From Pasteurella multocida (GTDB taxonomy: Bacteria > Pseudomonadota > Gammaproteobacteria > Enterobacterales > Pasteurellaceae): a DNA stretch of 32,000 nt. Of the stretch, positions 1-9,092 are shown in pieces (positions within the stretch are counted from its first letter, which is position 1; every line of letters starts with the position of its first letter). The position numbers and the translations under genes were made by a program. Location of the stretch: positions 1,350,001-1,382,000 of the forward strand of contig NZ_LT906458.1 of NCBI RefSeq assembly GCF_900187275.1, given 5' to 3'. The notes beneath the pieces were generated by a model that worked only from the letters and a program-made list of their open reading frames with translations, was not told where the DNA came from and searched no databases.

Positions 1-615
1 TGTATGGCTACCGTAACCGTTCATATGACGTAAGTCAGTTGGAATACCACGATCACTGAAAAGAATCATGATTTGGTGTAATGATTCAGGGTGACGTGAC
101 CAGAAATCCCATGCCGCGTTCGCATCACGCAAGTTAGTTTGTGGATTACGTTTTTGCGTATGAATGAAATCTGGGAATTTCAATGGATCACGGATAAAGA
201 AGACTGGTGTGTTGTTACCCACTAAGTCCCAGTTACCTTGTTCAGTGTAGAATTTTAATGCGAAACCACGCACATCACGCTCAGCGTCTGCCGCACCGCG
301 CTCACCCGCTACTGTTGAGAAACGTAATAAGACTTGTGTTTGTTTACCGATACCATTGAATAAATCCGCTTTAGTGTATTTGCTGATATCGTGTGTCACA
401 GTGAATGTACCGTACGCTGCTGAACCTTTTGCATGAACAACACGCTCAGGAATACGCTCACGTGCAAAGTGTGCTAATTTCTCTTGGAACCAAACATCTT
501 GTAAAAGTAATGGACCTTTAGGACCCGCAGACATGGTGTTGTCGTTTTCAACAATAGGTGCACCAGCTGCATTCGTTAAGGTTTTTGAACCATGGTCAAA
601 TGGGCATTTAGACAT
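1..615 (-). CDS. katA: Catalase, N-terminal ~205 aa, truncated by the window start
   Basis: Minus-strand reading from ATG at 615 gives [63 protein letters not shown]...[13 protein letters not shown], open to the window edge; classic monofunctional haem catalase motifs. A ribosome-binding-like GAGGAA lies upstream. Confidence 0.95.
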   Translation of the reverse strand, partial: MSKCPFDHGSKTLTNAAGAPIVENDNTMSAGPKGPLLLQDVWFQEKLAHFARERIPERVVHAKGSAAYGTFTVTHDISKYTKADLFNGIGKQTQVLLRFSTVAGERGAADAERDVRGFALKFYTEQGNWDLVGNNTPVFFIRDPLKFPDFIHTQKRNPQTNLRDANAAWDFWSRHPESLHQIMILFSDRGIPTDLRHMNGYGSHT

Positions 616-1548
616 AATAAAATTCCTCTCAAATAATAGAAATCGAAGATTCTGAATTTATGAACGGGATACTCCATTAGCGAGTAAATATCACTAGCTG
701 AGTACCTTGTGGGCTCCATTATATTTAGAAAAAAAACACTCGCAATCTATTATTTTGATAGAGAAAAGTAATTAAAAAGGAAATAACAAACAACGTAATA
801 AATAAAACCTATTATGTGTAAACAAGTAAAACAGCACTGTCCTATCAAAGCTCAGACAGTTATTCACATAGCGTTCATTTTCGCGCAATAGCGACGGTTT
901 TACCTATCACTCCTTTTCATACGGATTGCGTGGTGGTTAGTAGGAAATGTACTCCGTTATCCTATTAGCTGTCATTGTTTATACAAAATAAAGTAAACAA
1001 TGTGCTTGCTATAATATAAATAATCAAGAATACATTTAACCTATTTGGAAATAAAAATGGGCAAGCTATATAACAGAGAATATAGATTACAAAAATAAAT
1101 ACTTATTTTGCAGAACCAAGTGAAAACAAATATCATTATTTATGATAATGTTATTTTAAAGAAAGAAAATATTGCAATGAATGCACTATAACATTAAATA
1201 TCAAGGAAAGGAAAAGAAATAAAAATAGACATCACTGAAAAAGCAGATTTCTCTCTTTTTCTAAACAAATTTTCTCCGCAGCTATCACATTTCATCACAT
1301 CAGGTGTTATTTCGTTGTACTATCAGTATTACTCCTAACAATATCACTGCATAACAGGTTTCGCTATTTTTTATATGAGTGAATTCAGCTTGGAAAATAA
1401 TATTTCAACACATTGGATAAGCTGAAAAATAGCAAGATTAACTTATAAGGATACCTATTTCGATAGGTTTTACCTAACACAAAAAAATGCCAACGTGAAA
1501 TATTTTCTTGCGTAAAAGGCGCTTTACTCAGCTTATGAAGAAGTAAAA

Positions 1549-2769
1549 TCAGTTGTCGTCAACTAATGCCATAGCACAAGCATAAGCCGAACTCCATGCC
1601 CATTGAAAATTATAACCGCCTAACCAGCCAGTGACATCGAGCACTTCACCAATAAAATACAAGCCTTTTACGCTTTGTGCTTCCATGGTTTTCGACGAAA
1701 CAGCACGGGTATCCACCCCCCCCATAGTGACTTCCGCAGTACGATAACCTTCCGTCCCATTCGGTAAAAATTGCCAATGATGGATCAAATCGCTTAATTG
1801 CTGTAAACGGACTTTGCTGAGTTGTGCAATCGGCTCGTCTTGAATGAGTTGTTGTTCGCTCCAAACTTCGACTAATTTTTTAGGCAAGACTCTTGCTAAT
1901 GCATTTTTAAGCTGTAATTTAGGTGAAGTGGTACGTAATTGCTGCAAAAATTCCGCAATATCTTGAGGCAATAAATTAATCTCCACGGATTCGTTCGGTT
2001 GCCAATAGTTAGAAATTTGCAAAATAGCAGGACCAGAAATACCACGGTGAGTAAACAACATTTGATTGCTAAAGGATTTGCCACAGTTTGCCGTAACAAC
2101 TATCGGTAACGCCACGCCAGAGAGGGTGGTATACACTTTATCTGCTTCACGCCAAGTAAAAGGCACTAAGCTGGCTCTTGGTGGCAAAACCTTAATCCCA
2201 AATTGCTCTGCCACTTGATAGCCAAAAGGTGTTGCCCCTAAGCCCGGCATAGACAGCCCTCCTGTCGCAATCACTAAAGCATCGCAATACCAAGTTGTTC
2301 CATTAGCAAGTAATGCAAAACGCCCTTTTCTTCCTTGTTCAGCATCTGCTTGGTTCAGTTGGCGGATGTCGCTCACTTGTTGGCGTAACTGAATATTTAC
2401 CTGATAGTTGGCACATTCTGTCGCCAGCATATCCACGATTTTTTCGGCGCCTTCATCGGTGAAGAGTTGACCTAATTCTTTTTCATGATAGGCAATACCA
2501 TAGCTTGCCACCATGGCAATAAAATCCCACTGGGTATATCGGGCTAAAGCCGATTTAACAAAATGAGGATTCTGCGAAAGATAATGTTGTGGCGTCACTT
2601 CTAAATTCGTGAAATTACAAAATCCACCACCTGACATCAAAATTTTTCGTCCAATCTTTTTGCCATTATCGAGTAAGGTGACTTGTTTGCCTAACTTGGC
2701 GGCTTGGCTTGCACAAAATAATCCCGCTGCACCCGCACCGAGAATAATTACATCAGAATAGTTGTTCAT
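1549..2769 (-). CDS. yhiN: YhiN/HI0933-family NAD(P)/FAD-dependent flavoprotein oxidoreductase
   Basis: 406-aa ORF with N-terminal dinucleotide-binding motif GAGAAGLFCA, GGGFCNFTN, and C-terminal GEVLDVTGWLGGYNFQWAWSSAYACA. Confidence 0.9.
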   Translation of the reverse strand: MNNYSDVIILGAGAAGLFCASQAAKLGKQVTLLDNGKKIGRKILMSGGGFCNFTNLEVTPQHYLSQNPHFVKSALARYTQWDFIAMVASYGIAYHEKELGQLFTDEGAEKIVDMLATECANYQVNIQLRQQVSDIRQLNQADAEQGRKGRFALLANGTTWYCDALVIATGGLSMPGLGATPFGYQVAEQFGIKVLPPRASLVPFTWREADKVYTTLSGVALPIVVTANCGKSFSNQMLFTHRGISGPAILQISNYWQPNESVEINLLPQDIAEFLQQLRTTSPKLQLKNALARVLPKKLVEVWSEQQLIQDEPIAQLSKVRLQQLSDLIHHWQFLPNGTEGYRTAEVTMGGVDTRAVSSKTMEAQSVKGLYFIGEVLDVTGWLGGYNFQWAWSSAYACAMALVDDN

Positions 2770-2802
2770 AAGCTTGTTTGATCACCGTATTGCGGTTAAA
2801 TA

Positions 2803-2833
2803 AAATCAGGCATGGTTCCCCCCCACCTGATTT
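2803..2833 (-). terminator. Probable rho-independent terminator of the nrf operon
   Basis: 8-bp perfect stem AAATCAGG/CCTGATTT with a loop containing C7; minus-strand read continues CCTGATTTTATTT just after nrfG. Confidence 0.5.
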
Positions 2834-2841
2834 CAAGTTAT

Positions 2842-3678
2842 TTAATTGGATTGCTGTCTAAATTGCGCCATTTGTATTCGCTGAATCAGTAGGCGACGTT
2901 CGACATTCGGTCGGTCGGAGTCTAACATTTTTTGCCAGGTTTGTGCGGCTTTCTGATAATTTCCTTGTACAAAAGCATCTGTAGCAATCAAAGACAAGCT
3001 CGCTGTTTCAAAAGGATCAGCCGTTAAGGCTTGCGTTAATAGTGCATCCACTTTAGCTGTCATTTTTTGTCCAGCTTGATAATAATACGCCGTTGCTATC
3101 GCACCAAGAATAGCCGGTTTGTCACCTAATAATTGTTGGGCATTGCCATAGGCAATTAAGGCGTGCTCTACTTCGGCATTGTCCAGATAAGCTTGCCCAA
3201 GCAATAACCAATTTTCTGCATGATTAGGATCTTGACGTAATTTTTGCTGAAGTTGCGTGATTTTATCCTCGTGTTGCTGTGAGACAGCTTGTTCCATTAA
3301 CTGCATTTGTTGCGCTAAAAAGGCTTGCTCACCGACTTCGACGGCAGCATAACGTGGCAAAGAAAAATAATACAGCGTTGGAACAGTCAACAATAAGACA
3401 ATTAAAAACAGATGAAATTTAAACGAAAAGCGCTCACTTTTTTCACCTGACTGTTGCTCAAAGTGCGGTCTATTTTGGAAAAATTTTTCATCTTCTAGTA
3501 AGCGTTGCCCTAACTCTTTCGCCAATTCGGGATCAGATTGTCTTGCTACTTGTGCACGATAAAGTGCCACATTTTGTTGTTGGCGATAGTGTGTCTGCCA
3601 TGCTTGCCATTTTGCCAAAGGTAACATCAGGAACACCACAATCAATAACCCAAATAGTGCTAATCCCCATCCCATCAT
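2842..3678 (-). CDS. nrfG: NrfG/CcmI-like TPR protein for cytochrome c (haem lyase) assembly
   Basis: N-terminal membrane segments followed by TPR-like sequence (ENWLLLGQAYLDNAEVEHALIAYGNAQQLL); last gene of the nrf cluster; overlaps the preceding gene by 4 bp. Confidence 0.8.
   Translation of the reverse strand: MMGWGLALFGLLIVVFLMLPLAKWQAWQTHYRQQQNVALYRAQVARQSDPELAKELGQRLLEDEKFFQNRPHFEQQSGEKSERFSFKFHLFLIVLLLTVPTLYYFSLPRYAAVEVGEQAFLAQQMQLMEQAVSQQHEDKITQLQQKLRQDPNHAENWLLLGQAYLDNAEVEHALIAYGNAQQLLGDKPAILGAIATAYYYQAGQKMTAKVDALLTQALTADPFETASLSLIATDAFVQGNYQKAAQTWQKMLDSDRPNVERRLLIQRIQMAQFRQQSN
3461..3469 (+). repeat. Uptake signal sequence AAGTGCGGT (inside nrfG)
   Basis: Exact 9-mer. Other exact copies (either strand): 4148, 5634, 9063, 13444, 18353, 18426, 19273, 24052, 28518, 30678. 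Confidence 0.9.
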
Positions 3679-4160
3679 TTTTTGTTTCCTGTGTGCTCCG
3701 TTTGTTTAAGTAATTGCGTTAATTTCGCTTGTTGTGCCGGATCTAACGCGGTAGTGTGCTGCGGTTTTTCACGCTTTTTAGCATAGCGCCACATGAGACC
3801 AAACGCTAACACAGTTAAAAAGATTGGCGAAAGCCACAACAACAGGGTTGTCCACTGAAACGGGGGCTTATATAACACAAAATTACCAAAACGTGCCGTC
3901 ATCGCGTCGATAATTTGTTGATTGTTTTTTCCTTCGTTCACCATGTTGTACACCTCAATGCGCAAATCATAGGCAATTGGCGAATTGGATTCGACCAAGT
4001 TTTGATTTTGGCATTGTGGACAACGCAGCGCCTTTGCTAACGCCACTGCACGAACCCGTTCTTCAGGGCTGTTAAATGAGTAAGTATCCACCATATCCGC
4101 CCGCGCAAAGACACTGATCACAAAGACAAAACTCAGTAAAAACTTACCGCACTTTGGCAT
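3675..4160 (-). CDS. nrfF: NrfF/CcmH-like cytochrome c maturation thiol protein
   Basis: Signal peptide, [23 protein letters not shown] (CxxC) motif and C-terminal membrane anchor. Confidence 0.85.
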   Translation of the reverse strand: MPKCGKFLLSFVFVISVFARADMVDTYSFNSPEERVRAVALAKALRCPQCQNQNLVESNSPIAYDLRIEVYNMVNEGKNNQQIIDAMTARFGNFVLYKPPFQWTTLLLWLSPIFLTVLAFGLMWRYAKKREKPQHTTALDPAQQAKLTQLLKQTEHTGNKK

Positions 4161-4710
4161 TTTCAGCCTCCAATTTTTGCCATTCTGGGATAAACATTTC
4201 TTGCCACACCTCTGGCGTTAATGGACCTGAGTAACGATAACGAATCACACCGTATTGATCGATCAAATAGGTCTCAGGGGCGCCATCTACCCCTAAATTC
4301 AGTGCTAATTCCCCGCGACTGTCATTGATGACAAGCTGAAAAGGATTACCTAGTTGATTCAACATTGCCAACGCATTTTGGGGGTTATCACGGTAATTTA
4401 AGCCCACAATCGGCATCGATTTGGCTAATTGCATTAAAAAAGGATGCTCTTTTTTACAATATGCACACCAACTGCCCCACACATTGAGTAAAAAGGTCTG
4501 TTGAGGTAAATCCTGCTGAGTCACACGTCTTTCTGTGCGCAAAAGATCGGCTTGCGAAAACGTCGGTACAGGCTTACCAATTAAGGCAGAAGCGATTTTC
4601 TGCGGATCCTGCTGTAATCCGATGAATAATAAAGCGCATACGGCTAACAGGATCACAAGCGGTAAAAATACAAAGTGATTTTTTCTTTTTTGCTGATGTA
4701 GCATACTCAT
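4144..4710 (-). CDS. DsbE/CcmG-like periplasmic thiol:disulfide oxidoreductase in the nrf cluster
   Basis: 188-aa ORF with N-terminal anchor, [15 protein letters not shown] active site and GVYGAPET-type motif (here [15 protein letters not shown]). Confidence 0.88.
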   Translation of the reverse strand: MSMLHQQKRKNHFVFLPLVILLAVCALLFIGLQQDPQKIASALIGKPVPTFSQADLLRTERRVTQQDLPQQTFLLNVWGSWCAYCKKEHPFLMQLAKSMPIVGLNYRDNPQNALAMLNQLGNPFQLVINDSRGELALNLGVDGAPETYLIDQYGVIRYRYSGPLTPEVWQEMFIPEWQKLEAENAKVR

Positions 4711-4726
4711 ACTCTCACCTGTTCAT

Positions 4727-6667
4727 TCAATCTGACTGACGACGTGGTTTTAGTTTATTGCTATTGCGCAAGGAAAATATGGCAAGCAAGGCACCGAGTG
4801 CCATTAAAAGCCCGCCAAACCATAACCAACGGATAAAAGGTTTATATTGCAAGCGGAAAGTAAATTCGCCTTGTCCCAATTTATCGCCCATTACAATATA
4901 GACATCACCAAGCCACCCCCAATCAATCCCAACTTCGCTCATGTTCATAGTACGCACATCATAATAACGGCGTTCTGGGTAAATCTCAGTATAAGCTTGG
5001 TTTTGCTTTGTCACCACAAAATGGGCTTTTTCACTGGTGTAATTCGGACCTAACACATGCTGAAAACCCTGATAGTGAAACTCGTAATCACCGAGTTTTT
5101 GGCGTTGTTGCGGTGCCAAGCGCACGCCAATCTCACTGCTGTAATAGCTACTCATGATCGCCCCAATTGCCGTTATCGCTACACCTAAATGCGCGATCAC
5201 CATGGCGAGCTGTTTCAGTTTCAGCTGCGTCCATGGGAGCCATAACGTCGCCAGAATTAACCAAATCGACAAGCTTAACAAGCCATAAGCGCTGAAATTG
5301 AAAGGCAACCCTTGGTTATGATCTACATAATAACGGATTAATCCATAAGCCAATATAAGCGCGGGAAATAACAATAACGTACGTTGAATAAACGGTTTTT
5401 TATTCAGTGTTTTCCAACGTAAAGACAACACCAAAATCATAGCAAGCATTGCCATCACAAACAGTGGCAGAAAAATTGTATTAAAATACGGCGCGCCGAC
5501 TGAAATAGATCCCCATTGTAATGCGGTAAAGACAATCGGATAAAAAGTGCCTAAAAAGACACTGACCGTGGCAATCGTCAATAAAATATTGAGAAGCAAC
5601 AGAGCATTTTCCTTCGAAATTAAACGGAAACGTACCGCACTTTGTGGCAAGTTAACCTTTAATGCAAATAAAGTGAATGCACTCACAGTCAATAAAAAGA
5701 ATAAAATCAGTAAGGCAATTCCCCGATCGCCATCTACTGCAAACGCGTGCACAGAAGTTAAGACGCCCGAGCGCACGATGAAGGTACCCAGTAAACTGAA
5801 AGAAAATGCCAAAAGTGAAAATAGCAGCGTCCAGTAACTAAAAATGCCACGCTGTTCTGTGATAGATAGACTATGTAATAGTGCCAAACCTAATAACCAA
5901 GGCATCAATGAGGCGTTCTCGACCGGATCCCAAAACCACCAGCCGCCCCAGCCTAGTTCGTAATACGCCCACCAAGACCCTAACACAATCCCTAAAGTTA
6001 AAAATAACCAAGATAGCAAAACCCAAGGGCGCATCATGCGAGCCACGGCGGCATCTAAATGCCCACTCACTAAAGCAGAAATGGTAATAGCAAAATTGAC
6101 TGCAAAGCCCACATAGCCCAAATACAATAAAGGTGGGTGAAAAATCAGCCCCACATCTTGCAACATCGGATTTAAATCACGCCCTTCAAATGCTTGTGGA
6201 AAACTGCGTTCAAATGGATTTGATAAAAATAAAATAAAGAGACAAAAACCAAAACAAATGAGCCCAAGCACTGAAAGTGCTCGCGCACAAATAATCGGAT
6301 CTTTATGACGACTGGAAAACGCAAAGAGAATCAACCAGAGTGCTAAAGCAAACAACCAAAATAGCATCGACCCTTCATGTCCACCCCAAGTAGCAGACAC
6401 TTTAAAGAAAATTGGCAGTTGTGAATTAGAATGATGTGCCACATATTGCACAGAAAAATCATCGAGCGCAAAGGCATAGGCAAGGCAGAATAACGCTATA
6501 CAAGTAAATATCCCAAAGAGATAACTCAAATTCCACGCAGTACCAATCATATACGGCTTACGCAAAAAAATGCCGACTTGTGGCACTAGCGCAAGCAAGA
6601 ACGCACACAAAGAAGCGATCAGTAAAGCCAAAAAACCAAGTTCTGGGATCATAGTGAATATAAACAA
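4727..6667 (-). CDS. nrfE: NrfE/CcmF-family haem lyase subunit
   Basis: 646-aa polytopic protein with WGGHEGSMLFW and [26 protein letters not shown] (CcmF/NrfE WWD domain). Confidence 0.9.
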   Translation of the reverse strand: MFIFTMIPELGFLALLIASLCAFLLALVPQVGIFLRKPYMIGTAWNLSYLFGIFTCIALFCLAYAFALDDFSVQYVAHHSNSQLPIFFKVSATWGGHEGSMLFWLFALALWLILFAFSSRHKDPIICARALSVLGLICFGFCLFILFLSNPFERSFPQAFEGRDLNPMLQDVGLIFHPPLLYLGYVGFAVNFAITISALVSGHLDAAVARMMRPWVLLSWLFLTLGIVLGSWWAYYELGWGGWWFWDPVENASLMPWLLGLALLHSLSITEQRGIFSYWTLLFSLLAFSFSLLGTFIVRSGVLTSVHAFAVDGDRGIALLILFFLLTVSAFTLFALKVNLPQSAVRFRLISKENALLLLNILLTIATVSVFLGTFYPIVFTALQWGSISVGAPYFNTIFLPLFVMAMLAMILVLSLRWKTLNKKPFIQRTLLLFPALILAYGLIRYYVDHNQGLPFNFSAYGLLSLSIWLILATLWLPWTQLKLKQLAMVIAHLGVAITAIGAIMSSYYSSEIGVRLAPQQRQKLGDYEFHYQGFQHVLGPNYTSEKAHFVVTKQNQAYTEIYPERRYYDVRTMNMSEVGIDWGWLGDVYIVMGDKLGQGEFTFRLQYKPFIRWLWFGGLLMALGALLAIFSLRNSNKLKPRRQSD

Positions 6668-6726
6668 ATCTGAAAAGCTGTATCAAAAAGGCGAACTTAG
6701 GTTCGCCTTCTCATAAAATGAAGCAT

Positions 6727-7686
6727 TTATGCTAGCGTCATTTGTCCTGCATAGAGGATAAAGAAACGCAAACATAACACGCCAATTAAGCCTAAGCAAG
6801 CCACCAGTAGCATAAAGCCTTTGCGATGTTTTAACTGCGGAGTGGCTATGCCATTGAGGAGTAATGGCAAGACTAAACCAATACCAACTACCCCAATCCA
6901 GAAGACATTTGCCCAGAATCCACCTAAAAGTGCGGCCTCAAATGCCACCGTTTTTTGACCGCCCCCTAAATACAAGCCAATAAAGAAGGCAGCAAGTAAA
7001 AAGATTTCCATCAACACTACCGGCAATTCAAATTTATGTAAGAAGCCTAACGCAGGTGAATGAGGGTCTTCTTTAGTAAAGAGCAAGGTACAGAAAATTA
7101 ATGCCACAATACCTGACGATGTCCCTGAGGCCAAGAATAAAATTGGTAACACCGGGTTATTCAACATTGGGTAGCTAATCAAAGCCGATAATAAGAAGCC
7201 CGTATAGGCGCCCAATAACACAGAGAGAATTATCAAAATAATTTCAATTAACCCAGTGAATTTGGTAGCAAAGGCAATCAATTTATTCACAAATCGTAAC
7301 GGTTTGGCATATTGCTCAATTAAAGTTGCCACAAGCTGATGGAAAATAATCGCTAGCCAGACCAGTAAAAATGCCATATATACTTGGAATAGCATAACCC
7401 CCATCGACATAATAGAGGTGGTACTGTAATTAAACATCAAGTACCAAAAGGTCCATGGCTTAGTTAAATGGAAAATCAAAATCACCAAGCCAATAATCAG
7501 ACTTAATGGCGCCAAAAATGCCGTACAACGTATCACATGATTGTTTGACGGTTCTGCGCCAGCTAGCCCTGCGCGTTTTAACAAAACGGCTAACATGGTT
7601 GCACCGGCAGAGATCCCCAATAAGAACAAATAAACGGCGATGGTATGATCCCATACTAAAGACGGGAAATGAAATGGACTGTTCAT
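6727..7686 (-). CDS. nrfD: NrfD, membrane quinol-oxidising subunit
   Basis: 319-aa polytopic protein beginning MNSPFHFPSLVWDHTIAVYLFLLGISAGA; directly downstream of nrfC with a 4-bp overlap. Confidence 0.9.
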   Translation of the reverse strand: MNSPFHFPSLVWDHTIAVYLFLLGISAGATMLAVLLKRAGLAGAEPSNNHVIRCTAFLAPLSLIIGLVILIFHLTKPWTFWYLMFNYSTTSIMSMGVMLFQVYMAFLLVWLAIIFHQLVATLIEQYAKPLRFVNKLIAFATKFTGLIEIILIILSVLLGAYTGFLLSALISYPMLNNPVLPILFLASGTSSGIVALIFCTLLFTKEDPHSPALGFLHKFELPVVLMEIFLLAAFFIGLYLGGGQKTVAFEAALLGGFWANVFWIGVVGIGLVLPLLLNGIATPQLKHRKGFMLLVACLGLIGVLCLRFFILYAGQMTLA

Positions 7687-8363
7687 CGTCTTAGCTCCCC
7701 TCTTTTAGCTGGTACATGATACAGCTGTGGATCGGTGCCTAATTCCACCTTCGTCCGATACACTTGCTGCGATTTGACTTTTTGTGAAATGGCACTGTCA
7801 GGATCATTCAGATCCCCAAAGGTCAACGCATTGGTTGGGCAAGATTCCACACAAGCCGGTAATTTGCCGTTAGCTAAATTGGTATCGCGACAGAAGTTAC
7901 ATTTATCGGCTGATTTATACACGGGGTGAATAAATCGAACACGATATGGGCAGACAGCAATACAATATTGGCAACCGACACAAAGATCTTTGTGCACATC
8001 GACAATACCTGTTTCTTTGTCAACAAAAGACGCCCCTGTTGGACAAACATGCACACAAGGTGCATTGTGACAATGCTGACAAGAATGGCGGAAAAATTCA
8101 TATTCTGCGTTTGGAAACTCACCATAAGGCTCACTACGGATAATCTCCAAACGAGAAACCCCTTCTGGGACCTGGTTGGTTTCACGACACGCATCCATAC
8201 AAGCAGTACAACCGATACAAGCGGTTTCATCGTGTAACATCGCATAACGAATTGTTTTTTTCGCCTCGCTTGCGTTCTGTCCCACTGATTTTATTGATGT
8301 TCCCGTCATGAGGATTAACGCTCCCATGCCGGAAACAAAGTTTCGGCGTGAGCAAGCTGTCAT
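7683..8363 (-). CDS. nrfC: NrfC, 4Fe-4S ferredoxin-type subunit with Tat-like signal
   Basis: CSRRNFVSG twin-arginine-like N-terminus and several 4Fe-4S motifs (CIGCTACMDACRETN, CQHCHNAPCVHVCP, CVGCQYCIAVCP, CNFCRD). Confidence 0.93.
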   Translation of the reverse strand: MTACSRRNFVSGMGALILMTGTSIKSVGQNASEAKKTIRYAMLHDETACIGCTACMDACRETNQVPEGVSRLEIIRSEPYGEFPNAEYEFFRHSCQHCHNAPCVHVCPTGASFVDKETGIVDVHKDLCVGCQYCIAVCPYRVRFIHPVYKSADKCNFCRDTNLANGKLPACVESCPTNALTFGDLNDPDSAISQKVKSQQVYRTKVELGTDPQLYHVPAKRGELRR

Positions 8364-9007
8364 TGTTTATCCTTTTGTTGCGGAGCATAAATATGCGGTG
8401 GTTGTAAATTTGCCTTACGTTTTTGTTGTTCACCGTGACAATCCACGCAAAGTTTCACTTGGTCTTTCTTCGCAATACCTGACATTTTATCTTGTGCGGG
8501 ATGCAAAGTATGGCAACTTGCACAAGGTAACTTCATGGCATGTACATCATGCGCCCAAAGTGTTTCGCGTAATTTTTTCGGTTGGTGACACGCAAAGCAA
8601 ACCTGATTTTGTTCCTCTACGGTGAACATTGGTTTTTCATCGCTGAAAATATTGCCATGGAAACGCATCACATCTTTCACACCACGGCGGTGATCTTCAG
8701 AAATATTGCCATGACAGTTCACGCAGGTAATCGGTTTACCGGTATTCGGATTTTTTTCCGATAAATGAGTTCCGTGGAATTTTCCAAAATGGAACACCCC
8801 ACCAGATTGGCTATCATTAGCTTCTAATTTATGGCATTTCGCACAATATTGGTTCGGATCACGTTGATGTTCCAATTGTGGCTCATACATTAATTGACTG
8901 ACTTCGTTACTGTTGGCTTTCTCTGCCTGCGCGAAAGTCGCCACACTAAACGCAATCAATCCTGCCGTGATAGCGATTCCTTGTTTGATTAGGGAATGTA
9001 AGCGCAT
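8360..9007 (-). CDS. nrfB: NrfB, pentahaem cytochrome c
   Basis: Five CXXCH motifs (CAKCH, CVNCH, CFACH, CASCH, CVDCH). Start chosen at MRLHSLIKQG (ATG at 9007), the beginning of a plausible signal peptide, rather than the track start at 9055. Confidence 0.9.
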   Translation of the reverse strand: MRLHSLIKQGIAITAGLIAFSVATFAQAEKANSNEVSQLMYEPQLEHQRDPNQYCAKCHKLEANDSQSGGVFHFGKFHGTHLSEKNPNTGKPITCVNCHGNISEDHRRGVKDVMRFHGNIFSDEKPMFTVEEQNQVCFACHQPKKLRETLWAHDVHAMKLPCASCHTLHPAQDKMSGIAKKDQVKLCVDCHGEQQKRKANLQPPHIYAPQQKDKQ

Positions 9008-9062
9008 GTTTATTACCTCAAAATGTAGTGTTAAACGCACCGCACTGATCGTCATAACCTCA

Positions 9063-9071
9063 AAGTGCGGT
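9063..9071 (+). repeat. Uptake signal sequence AAGTGCGGT in the nrfA-nrfB intergenic gap
   Basis: Exact 9-mer AAGTGCGGT. Confidence 0.9.
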
Positions 9072-9092
9072 CATTTTTGACAAAGTTTCTGT

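Noticed and set aside
1646-1864. 72-aa minus-strand ORF overlapping the YhiN-like gene, and 67-aa ORF 1896..2099
   Set aside because: Out-of-frame readings of the same gene; the primary frame has clear family motifs throughout and is intact, so this is not evidence of a frameshift.
4847-5053. 68-aa plus-strand ORF, also 5547..5837, 5881..6087, 20105..20296, 20823..21098, 21043..21309
   Set aside because: All are antisense shadows within strongly coding nrfE/ccmF genes, with low-complexity or atypical protein composition and no recognisable family.
7506-8764. Plus-strand ORFs 7506..7694, 7735..7929, 7926..8237, 8308..8625, 8582..8764 and minus-strand out-of-frame ORFs 7874..8245, 7946..8143
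   Set aside because: Overlap nrfD, nrfC and nrfB, which have definitive Fe-S and haem motifs; the alternative frames have no domain signature.
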